In this document: positions 48,662 through 56,661 of the stretch, one piece after another
Numbering within the stretch: the stretch's first letter is position 1
Layout: every line of letters starts with the position of its first letter
Assembly: GCA_018268995.1 (NCBI GenBank)
Contig: JAFDVL010000009.1
Location: 987-64,986 of the forward strand
From: Acidobacteriota bacterium
GTDB lineage: Bacteria; Acidobacteriota; Blastocatellia; RBC074
Reading direction: 5' to 3'
DNA: 64,000 bases
Notes under the pieces: generated by a model
Database searches by the model: none
What the model saw: only the letters and a program-made list of their open reading frames with translations
Told to the model about the DNA's origin: nothing
Program-made: the position numbers and the translations under genes

Positions 48662-48921
48662 GTAGCGCAAGCGAGTTGTCCCGGAGGGACAGGGGAAATT
48701 AGCCGGGGGTGGAGTGGTAACGGAACCCCCGGAGCCGCCCACCACAGAGTCGCCAGCCCCAGCGGGGCGCAGGACGAAAACTCGCATGTCGCCCCGCTGG
48801 GGCTGGTTTGCTCCTCCGGCTGCCTCCGGGGGGGGGCGCGTTCGCTTCCCCCGGCTAATGTCCACCGTGCCTCCGGCACAAAGACTTGTGTCGAAACCAA
48901 TGCATGGCTCGCTTGCGCTAC
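48662..48921. repeat. ~260-bp nested palindromic element filling the gap between two convergent stop codons
   Basis: Outer inverted repeat GTAGCGCAAGCGAG (48662-48675) / CTCGCTTGCGCTAC (48908-48921). Next layer ATTAGCCGGGGG (48698-48709) / CCCCCGGCTAAT (48848-48859). Inner 17-bp stem CCAGCCCCAGCGGGGCG (48753-48769) / CGCCCCGCTGGGGCTGG (48790-48806). It also contains a small CCGGGGG/CCCCCGG hairpin and a G9 run. Confidence 0.65.
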
Positions 48922-48923
48922 TG

Positions 48924-51900
48924 TTACCGCGAAGTGATTTCCGCTTCCGTGGCGGCGCGCCAGAAGCATACGTTCCGATCCCAATCCCCGGCGTAGAGCA
49001 GTTTGCCATCGGGCGAAAAGCCAATGGAATTGTCAGCAATCCAGGAATGATTTTCTTTGAAGACCAGCAACTCTTCGCCCGTCGTCACATCCCAGAGCCG
49101 GACGGTATGATCCTGACTGCCCGTGACCAACCGGCGGTTATCCAGTGAGAACGCCAGGGCGGTAACAACTGCCGCGTGGCCTTTGAAAACGAACAACTCG
49201 CGTCCGGTTTGCGTGTCCCACAACCGCGCCGTCCCCTCACGGCTGCCAGTGGCAAACAGACGTTCATCCGCCGATAACGCAAAGGTTTCAATGCCAGCGT
49301 TGCCACAACGATATTCGCGGCGCATCTGGCCCGTTGCCACGTCCCACACGCTGACGACACTGTTCGTGCTGGCGACGTAGAGGCTTGCGCTGTCCGCCGC
49401 GAAGCGCAAACCCACGATGCCGCCGAAGTACACCTTCATTGAGTTGCGTGCTTTGCCGGTGCGCGGCTCCCAGAGTTGCACAGTGTTGTGAATGCTCACG
49501 GCCAGCGTGCCATCCGGCGCAAAGCTGAGCGCCGTCGCGGGGGTTGGCAAGGGAAGGGTGAAGACCTCTTTGCCAGTGGCCGCTTCCCAGACTTTGACTT
49601 CCACGGCATTGCCCGTGGCGTACCATTGGCTGTCGGCGGAAACGGCGACGTGGAAATTCGTAGGGCTGTTTGGCGGCAAAGGCGTGCGGTGGCGCAACGT
49701 CGTGATTTCCTGTCGCGTCGCCATATCCCATACCGTTACGGATTGCTCTTTCTGCCCCGTCAACAACCGCTTGCCATCCGGGGTCAACACGATGTGCGCA
49801 AAGGCTCTCATCTTTCTCGGATCGTACAGCGAATCGTCGGCGCGCTCACGTGTCAAATCCCAGAGCTTGACGGTGTGATCTGCCGCGCCGGACGCGAGCC
49901 GTTGACCGTCGGGCGAAACAGCCAGCGCGAAAATCACATTGCCGTGCCCGCGCTGCACCGCTTTGTCTTTCCAGGTTGTGGTGTCTAAAAACGTGATTTC
50001 GGATTGCTTTGCTGCGTCCTCTCCACCGATGATCAGCGTGCGGCTGTCGGGTGTGAAGGCCAGCCGACGGCCTCTGTTTTCGAGCTGCATAAGCTGTTTG
50101 CCTGTTGCCGCTTCCCACGCGGTCGTGAGGCCATTCCCTGACACCACGACGATGCGCCCATCGGGAGAAAACAACGCGTTTTGCGGCTTCGCCCACACGC
50201 CTCCCAGTGCGAACAATTCGGTGCCGGAAGCCAGGTCCCAGAGATAGACGTTGCGTTTATGATCTGCGCTGCCGGTGATGAACCGCTGACCATCCGGCGC
50301 GATGGCAACGGTAAAGATGCGCGGCAGGTCTTTTTTGATGCGATAGATTTCGCGCCCGCTCGGCAACTCCAACAGGCTGATCGAACCATCACTAAACCCA
50401 ACGATCATCTGATTGCCATTGGGAGTGAAAGCAAAACAACTGAGGCCGCCTTGCAGGTCTGCGATCTTGTACAGTTCGGCTCCCGTGGTCAGCGAAACGA
50501 CACGAATGACTTTGTCGCCGAGACGGGCCATCGCCAACACCTTGCGATCCTGCGTCAGCGCCGTGATCCCCGCGCTCACAGCCGGGTATTCATATCGTCG
50601 CAGCACCTCGCCCGTGGCCGCGTCGCGCCAGACGACTTCCGTGCCAAGCGAAGCAGGGCCGACATCGCTTTGTTGCGCTGCTACGGTCAGAAGCTGCGTG
50701 CTGTCGAGGGAAAACGCGGTCAGGTGGATAAGTCCCGGAAGAGCAAACGAACGTTCTTCCTGATGGCTGAGCCTCCACAGGTAATACCACTCAAAGCCGC
50801 GATAATCCGGCGCGTTCGGTTGCGGCAAATAGGGCGTGAGCAGTTCGCGCATCCGTTCGATGTTCGCGTTGTTCCACGCCTGATGTGCCAAGCCCATCCG
50901 CGAAGTATAGAGCAATTGCCGATTCGAGAGTTCCTGTGTTTCGGCACGCTGGCGTTGCGTTTGCGCGACGTTACGTTCTGCTTCTGCGGTGAGTCGTTGC
51001 GTCTCAGCCACAGCGCGTTGTTGATTGGCTTCAGCCCGCGCGGCTTCGGCTTGCCGTCGGCGTTGCTCAGCAGTAGTCAATGCGTTTTCAGCGCGCGTTC
51101 GTTGCGCCTCGACTTCGGCCAACGCTTGTTCGGCCAAGCGGCGTTGCTCATCGGCAACGGCTAAAGCTTGTTCGGCACGAATTCTTTGCGCTTCGGCTTT
51201 GGCCTGTTCGGCGCGTGCGATTTGGGCTTGTCGTGACGTAGCTCCGATGCCGCCGACCAACGACAATAAAATCAAGGCAGCAGCGGCGACGGGAACTTTG
51301 TAGCGGCGTACATATTTCACTGCGCGATAGGCCAATGTGCCTTTACGCGCGAGTGTAGGCAAGCCAGCTAAGTAGCGTTGAATGTCAGTGGAGAATTGCT
51401 CGACTGAAGCGTATCGCTCATTTGGTTCTTTGCGTAGCGCCATCAGGACAATGCTGTCGAGATCACCACGAAGTTGCGACGGAGAGAAGGAGAGAGGGAG
51501 TGACGGAGTGACGGAGCGAGAGGACGGATCACCTTGTCCTGTTGTCGCTCTTTCCCACTGTCCCTCTTTCTCTCCTTCTTGCGCGCTTGGTCGCGTCGGT
51601 TCCTGTTCGCAGATTGCTTTTGCCAATTCGCCGAAGGTGTTGGTGGTGAGTTGATACGGGCTGCGTCCGGTGAGTAATTCATACAACACAACGCCCAACG
51701 AATACACATCGCTAGTGGTCGTGAGCGTTTCGTTGCGCACTTGTTCAGGACTGGCGTAGGCGGGCGTCATTGGAGTTTGGCCTGCCTGCGTTTGGAAAGA
51801 TTGCATCAGGTCGGGTTGCAGCAGTTTGGCGATGCCGAAATCCAATAGCTTTGGCGTGCCATCGGCAGTCACGAGAATGTTTGCAGGCTTCAGGTCGCGG

Positions 51901-52508
51901 TGAATGATAAGGTGTTGATGGGCGTATTGCACTGCCGAACAAACTTGACGGAAAAGCTGCAATCGTTCACGCAGGGAAAGCTGTTGTTGCTGGCAATAGA
52001 CATCAATCGGCACGCCTTCGATGTATTCCATCACAAGGTACGGTTGTCCGCTGTCGGTCGTACCGCCGTCGAGCAGGCGCGCAATGTTGGGATGATTCAG
52101 GCTGGCCAGAATCTGCCGCTCGTGGCGTAGTCGGTGTGCGATGTCAGGATGTTCCGTTTTCAGCAGTTTGATGGCGACCTGTTGCTGATATTGCTCGTCA
52201 GCGCGTTCTGCTAACCAGACTGTCCCCATTCCGCCTTGTGCCAGTTCGCGGAGCAATTGGTAAGCGCCGATGCGCTGTGTCGTGAGAGTCACAGAATCTT
52301 CTAGGGCTTGTTTCGCGGAAATTGGAGCTGCTTGTGATCCCAGAAAACCGTTGGCTTGACGGTGTGCAACGAGCAGGGAAGTTACTTCGCGTTGTAATGA
52401 TTCATCGTCCCGGCAGGCTTGCGCCAGAAATGCGGTTTGCTCCGTTTCAGGCAATTCCAGCATTTCATCAAAGATGCGTTCGATTTCGCGCCAACGATGA
52501 TTTTCCAT
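48924..52508 (-). CDS. Ser/Thr protein kinase (ECF-sigma-associated N-terminal domain + Hanks kinase) - TM - coiled-coil - WD40/beta-propeller repeats (1194 aa)
   Basis: The N-terminal conserved domain (MENHRWREIERIFDEMLELPETEQTAFLAQAC…) is shared with ORF 4947. Kinase motifs (GGMGTVWLA, VAIKLL, HRDLKPANIL, DFGIAKL, …ASPEQ). TM (AALILLSLVGGIGA). A Q/A/E/R-rich coiled coil is followed by many WD40-like repeats (…LWDL…, …VWD…). Confidence 0.85.
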   Translation of the reverse strand: MENHRWREIERIFDEMLELPETEQTAFLAQACRDDESLQREVTSLLVAHRQANGFLGSQAAPISAKQALEDSVTLTTQRIGAYQLLRELAQGGMGTVWLAERADEQYQQQVAIKLLKTEHPDIAHRLRHERQILASLNHPNIARLLDGGTTDSGQPYLVMEYIEGVPIDVYCQQQQLSLRERLQLFRQVCSAVQYAHQHLIIHRDLKPANILVTADGTPKLLDFGIAKLLQPDLMQSFQTQAGQTPMTPAYASPEQVRNETLTTTSDVYSLGVVLYELLTGRSPYQLTTNTFGELAKAICEQEPTRPSAQEGEKEGQWERATTGQGDPSSRSVTPSLPLSFSPSQLRGDLDSIVLMALRKEPNERYASVEQFSTDIQRYLAGLPTLARKGTLAYRAVKYVRRYKVPVAAAALILLSLVGGIGATSRQAQIARAEQAKAEAQRIRAEQALAVADEQRRLAEQALAEVEAQRTRAENALTTAEQRRRQAEAARAEANQQRAVAETQRLTAEAERNVAQTQRQRAETQELSNRQLLYTSRMGLAHQAWNNANIERMRELLTPYLPQPNAPDYRGFEWYYLWRLSHQEERSFALPGLIHLTAFSLDSTQLLTVAAQQSDVGPASLGTEVVWRDAATGEVLRRYEYPAVSAGITALTQDRKVLAMARLGDKVIRVVSLTTGAELYKIADLQGGLSCFAFTPNGNQMIVGFSDGSISLLELPSGREIYRIKKDLPRIFTVAIAPDGQRFITGSADHKRNVYLWDLASGTELFALGGVWAKPQNALFSPDGRIVVVSGNGLTTAWEAATGKQLMQLENRGRRLAFTPDSRTLIIGGEDAAKQSEITFLDTTTWKDKAVQRGHGNVIFALAVSPDGQRLASGAADHTVKLWDLTRERADDSLYDPRKMRAFAHIVLTPDGKRLLTGQKEQSVTVWDMATRQEITTLRHRTPLPPNSPTNFHVAVSADSQWYATGNAVEVKVWEAATGKEVFTLPLPTPATALSFAPDGTLAVSIHNTVQLWEPRTGKARNSMKVYFGGIVGLRFAADSASLYVASTNSVVSVWDVATGQMRREYRCGNAGIETFALSADERLFATGSREGTARLWDTQTGRELFVFKGHAAVVTALAFSLDNRRLVTGSQDHTVRLWDVTTGEELLVFKENHSWIADNSIGFSPDGKLLYAGDWDRNVCFWRAATEAEITSR

Positions 52509-52531
52509 AAAATTTCCCTTCCCTTTGTAGA

Positions 52532-52656
52532 CGCGAAGCGCCTGGGAGCGCAGGCATCCTTGCCTGCTTGTATTCGTACGCTGTAATTTTTCTCGTCGCG
52601 AATTTGCTCTCCAAGTCTGAAGTAGGCAGGGATGCCTGCGCTCCCAGGGCTACGCG
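52532..52656. repeat. Long imperfect hairpin (~30-bp stem, ~54-nt loop) between the ECF sigma gene and the downstream WD40 kinase gene
   Basis: Left arm CGCGAAGCGCCTGGGAGCGCAGGCATCCTTGCCTGC (52532-52567). Right arm GTAGGCAGGGATGCCTGCGCTCCCAGGGCTACGCG (52622-52656). The reverse complement matches with 3 mismatches and 1 indel. Confidence 0.6.
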
Positions 52657-52667
52657 CTCTCAAGCGG

Positions 52668-53234
52668 TCATTTCCTATTCAACTCTCGGTATAACCACGC
52701 TTGTGCCAATCGCCATTCGCGGGCAATTGTGCGCGGTGATACGCCCAGAACTTCGGCAGTTTCTTCGACGCTCAAGCCACCGAAAAAACGTAGCTCGACG
52801 ATGCGGCTGCGACGTTCATCGAATTGGGCTAAGGTCTTCAGTGCATCATCCAGTGCGATCAATTCCGGGCTTTGCTGCCACGCCATTTCTTCTGCTGCAC
52901 CAAGCGTGACGCGGATGGCTTTGCCGCCGTGTTTTTGCGCCTGTTGCTTGCGGGCTTCGTCTACTAGAATGCGCCGCATCAAAATAGCCGCGACGCCAAA
53001 GAAATGTGCGCGGCTTTGCCAACTGACGTTGCGCCAATCAATCAGGTGCAACCAGGCTTCATTGACAAGTGCAGTGGCTTGCAGCAAATGATCCGGCGTT
53101 TGCTGGTGCATGTAGTGTGCGGCCAGGCGATGGAGTTCAGCTTGCACCTGCGGCAGCAATTTTTCCAGTGCCGCTTGATCCCCCGCGTTCCAGGCTTGCA
53201 ACAACTGCGTTACGTTGGAGTTGGTGACAACCAT
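52668..53234 (-). CDS. ECF-type RNA polymerase sigma factor (paralog of 4377..4943)
   Basis: …ALVNEAWLHLIDWRNVSWQSRAHFFGVAAILMRRILVDEAR… / …FFGGLSVEETAEVLGVSPRTIAREW… These blocks are alignable with ORF 4377. Confidence 0.85.
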   Translation of the reverse strand: MVVTNSNVTQLLQAWNAGDQAALEKLLPQVQAELHRLAAHYMHQQTPDHLLQATALVNEAWLHLIDWRNVSWQSRAHFFGVAAILMRRILVDEARKQQAQKHGGKAIRVTLGAAEEMAWQQSPELIALDDALKTLAQFDERRSRIVELRFFGGLSVEETAEVLGVSPRTIAREWRLAQAWLYRELNRK

Positions 53235-53499
53235 CGTCCCTCCTGAAAATTATGTGGCAGTTTTCGTTTTTGTTTTTCGTCTTACTGATTAGGCAGACAC
53301 CATTGCCTTGGTGCAGCATCCGCGTTTGGCGCGGGCGGCACATCTGGGGAGTGGGCTGAACTCCGCTTCAGTCCAAACTGTGTTCTTGATAACGCAGGGC
53401 ACGGGAAAGCGGTCTGGCTAAGTCTTCTTTTCCGTGTTTCCCCTGAAAGTGAACAGGCGCATTGTACGGCTGCAAATTGGTCGGCGCAACCAGCCCGGC

Positions 53500-56400
53500 T
53501 TATTCCTTTGTGATTGCTTCGTCCAGATTGAGCAGCACGCGTGTGACTGCCGTCCAGGCTGCAAGTTGCGGATTGGTGATGCCTTGGGGCAATGGCAGCG
53601 GTTTGTCCGAAAACGCAAAACTTTCAGGATTTAAAGAACCACTGGCGAAGCGTTCGCGCTGTTGCTTCAGCAATCGCAGCAATTCATCACTTTCCTGCAC
53701 TGATGGCTTACGCGTCAGCACGCGGCGAAAGGCAAAGGTTACGCGCGCTGCATCGGTTGCGCCGCCTTCCTGCAAGGTTTTCAAGGCCAGGGCGCGTGCG
53801 GCTTCTAAAAAAATGGTTTCGTTCAAAGTCGTCAACGCTTGCAGCGGTGTGTTGGATTGGGCACGGCGTACGCAGGAAACATCGCCATTGGGCGTATCAA
53901 ATGCTTGCAGGACGGGGTAGGGAACGGAACGAAAACGAAATGTGTACAATGCCCGCCGATAACGATTCTCGCCCTTTTCCTCTTTCCAATTTTTTGTGCC
54001 GTAGCTGACGGGCGGTAAATATAAAAACTCTGGTGCAGGCGGATACACACTGGGGCCACCGACTTTGGCATTCAGCAATCCACTCGCAGCCAAAGCAATG
54101 TCGCGCACGATTTCACCTTCGACCCGAAAGCGCGGGCCACGCGCCAGCAAACGATTGAATGGGTCTTTTTCCAACAACTGCGGCGTGACTTTGGACGATT
54201 GGCGATAAGTGGCGGAAGTCACGATCAGGCGGTGCAAATGCTTCAAACTCCAACGCGGAGTGCGGAGCGTGGAATGCGGAGTGGCTTTTGATACTGCACT
54301 CGAAGCTTCCATAAATTCTACGGCGAGCCAATCCAGCAGTTCTGGATGCGAAGGAACCTCACCCTGTTTGCCGATGTCTTCGGCTGTGGCGTACAGCCCT
54401 GTGCCGAAATAGCTTTGCCAGATGCGATTCACCATTGCGCGCGCGGTCGTGGGCGATTGCCGATCTACGAGCCATTTGGCAAACGTGAGGCGATTCGCGG
54501 GTGCGCCAGCAGGCAACGGATTCAGAAACGCAGGCACTGCGGGCGTGATGGTTTTATCAGGACGCAGAAAATCGCCGCGTTTCAGCGTGAAGGTTTCGCG
54601 TGTTTCTGTTCGCTCGTTCATCACCAGTTGCGAAGTGCCTGCGGGATGTTGTTTCCACAGCTCGGCAATTTGTTGGTTGTATGTTGCGAACTCCGGCAGC
54701 GTCGTCCGCCAACAACTGAACACGGTTTCAAGTTGCGCTTTAGTGCGCTGATCGCGCGGAATCGCAAAAATTTCGCGCACGCCTGTGGTTAGCGGATCGG
54801 CGGTGACATTAGCCGCATCCGTCAAAGACAGGCGAAGCCGTCCGATGCCTTGTTGTTCATTGTCGTTGTTGTTCCATCCGCCGTGACGCTGGCTCAGGTA
54901 AAAGCTCAGGATCAGCCCATTTTCATTGGTGATTGGCTCGGCCAGATTGAAAACGGCTTTGCGCGGCTGATTGCGCAAGCCGGGGCCGACGTCAATGCTC
55001 CAGCCCGTGTCTTCTTTGCCATCAATCGCAAATTGAATCAGCCCTTCAATGCGATGCTTGCCGCTTTTGTCATTGAACTTGGGTTCCAGGTCGCGTTCAG
55101 GCGCGCTGGCGTCTGCCGTGGCGCTGGCGATTTTGAGTTTGGTGATTTTCTTCGGATCGTTGATTGGCGCGGCTTCGATTTCAAATTCTGTCAGCGCGCA
55201 AGTGCCTTTGTACGAACGACCGGGGCCGCCAAACGGCAAGTTCGGATCGGTCAGCAATTCCAAGCGAATCGCCGAGATTTTCGGCTCTTGCGTTTTCAAA
55301 ACCATCTTCACGCGATGCTTGGCTGGCGCGTAGCCCCCGACCAGAAACGAACCGTCTTTTTGCGGCAGATATTTTGCGCCGTCGGTGGAAATATCTATGA
55401 CCTCCGGCTGCACGATTTTCCAATTGGGCTGATCGTTTTTGACCTTGTCTTCCCACGCGTTCATTTGCGCCTGCCAGTCGGGTTTGATCTCTTGCAATTT
55501 GGCTTCGATTTCGCGCGTCTGGCTCAGAATGTGTGCGCGTTTCATTTGTTCTTCGGGCGTGTAGACGGCCATCGCGCCTTCATACGAATTGTTCAGGAAG
55601 GCGAACATCCGGTAATACTCTTCCTGTTTGAGCGGATCGTATTTGTGATTGTGGCATTGCGCGCAGTTCACCGTGAGGCCGAGGACACTTTTGCCAATCG
55701 CGTCCATGCGGTCAAACATCGCTTCCATGCGGAATTGCTCCGGGTCTACGCCGCCTTCTTCGTTGATCATCGAATTACGCAGAAAGCCTGTGGCGACGCG
55801 CTGTTCCTGCGTGGCATTTGGCAAGAGATCACCTGCGATTTGTTCGATGATGAATTGGTCGTAGGGCAAATCGCGATTCAGCGCATTGATGACCCAATCG
55901 CGGTAAAACCAAACCGAGCGCGGCTTGTCTTTTTCAAAGCCATCCGAATCGGCATAGCGCGCTGCATCCAGCCAATGACGGCCCCATTTTTCACCGTAAT
56001 GCGGGGACGCGAGCAACCGTTCGACCTGTTTTTCATAGGCTTTGGCCGAAGTGTCTTTCAGAAACGTATCTACCTCTTCCGGTGTCGGGGGCAAGCCAAT
56101 CAAGTCCAAACTCAAACGGCGCAGCAACGTGATTTTATCGGCTTCCGATGAGGGCGTGAGGTTTTCCTTTTCCAGCCGTGCAAGAATGAAGGCATCAATC
56201 GGATTGCGCGCCCAGGCTTTGGTTTTGACGGCGGGAACTGCCGGACGAACGGGCGCAACAAACGCCCAGTGCTTTTGCAGCTTTGCCTCTGCCGATGCGG
56301 TGTCCGGCCAGATTGCGCCTTCCTCAATCCAGCGTTTGATGAGTTCGATTTGCTCTGGTTTCAATGCCTCGCGTCCAAGCGGCATGCGCTTCTCGCCACC

Positions 56401-56655
56401 TTCGCCCAAAATTCGATGCACGAGCCGCGAATCTTTGCTGTTGCCAGGAATGATTTGCTTGAGCGCAAGTGTTTTGTTGCCCAGATGCAAATCCGCCTTC
56501 GGCTTATCGCCAAAATGACAAGGCGCGCAGGAGGTCTGCAAAATCGGCTGAATGTCGCGCACGAAATCCACTTTGGTTTGGCTTGAGGCGACGAAGCGCG
56601 GAATCAACGCCAGGCTGAAAAGCAAAATGATGGGAGCTTGCAAAATTCGTTTCAT
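53500..56655 (-). CDS. PSCyt1 (Planctomycete-type cytochrome c) - DUF1549 - DUF1553 multidomain secreted protein (1051 aa)
   Basis: Signal peptide. The N-terminal PSCyt1 domain has a CxxCH (…DFVRDIQPILQTSCAPCHFGDKPKADLHL…RMPLG…). The size and downstream conserved blocks are typical of DUF1549/DUF1553 proteins of Planctomycetes/Acidobacteria/Verrucomicrobia. Domain names are from memory, not a search. Confidence 0.7.
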   Translation of the reverse strand: MKRILQAPIILLFSLALIPRFVASSQTKVDFVRDIQPILQTSCAPCHFGDKPKADLHLGNKTLALKQIIPGNSKDSRLVHRILGEGGEKRMPLGREALKPEQIELIKRWIEEGAIWPDTASAEAKLQKHWAFVAPVRPAVPAVKTKAWARNPIDAFILARLEKENLTPSSEADKITLLRRLSLDLIGLPPTPEEVDTFLKDTSAKAYEKQVERLLASPHYGEKWGRHWLDAARYADSDGFEKDKPRSVWFYRDWVINALNRDLPYDQFIIEQIAGDLLPNATQEQRVATGFLRNSMINEEGGVDPEQFRMEAMFDRMDAIGKSVLGLTVNCAQCHNHKYDPLKQEEYYRMFAFLNNSYEGAMAVYTPEEQMKRAHILSQTREIEAKLQEIKPDWQAQMNAWEDKVKNDQPNWKIVQPEVIDISTDGAKYLPQKDGSFLVGGYAPAKHRVKMVLKTQEPKISAIRLELLTDPNLPFGGPGRSYKGTCALTEFEIEAAPINDPKKITKLKIASATADASAPERDLEPKFNDKSGKHRIEGLIQFAIDGKEDTGWSIDVGPGLRNQPRKAVFNLAEPITNENGLILSFYLSQRHGGWNNNDNEQQGIGRLRLSLTDAANVTADPLTTGVREIFAIPRDQRTKAQLETVFSCWRTTLPEFATYNQQIAELWKQHPAGTSQLVMNERTETRETFTLKRGDFLRPDKTITPAVPAFLNPLPAGAPANRLTFAKWLVDRQSPTTARAMVNRIWQSYFGTGLYATAEDIGKQGEVPSHPELLDWLAVEFMEASSAVSKATPHSTLRTPRWSLKHLHRLIVTSATYRQSSKVTPQLLEKDPFNRLLARGPRFRVEGEIVRDIALAASGLLNAKVGGPSVYPPAPEFLYLPPVSYGTKNWKEEKGENRYRRALYTFRFRSVPYPVLQAFDTPNGDVSCVRRAQSNTPLQALTTLNETIFLEAARALALKTLQEGGATDAARVTFAFRRVLTRKPSVQESDELLRLLKQQRERFASGSLNPESFAFSDKPLPLPQGITNPQLAAWTAVTRVLLNLDEAITKE

Positions 56656-56661
56656 AGCTTT

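Noticed and set aside
50985-51245. Possible CRISPR-like array because of periodic ~33-bp repeats
   Set aside because: The repeats are degenerate and in-frame within a long ORF, and they encode a coiled coil. There are no unique spacers or cas genes, so this is not CRISPR.
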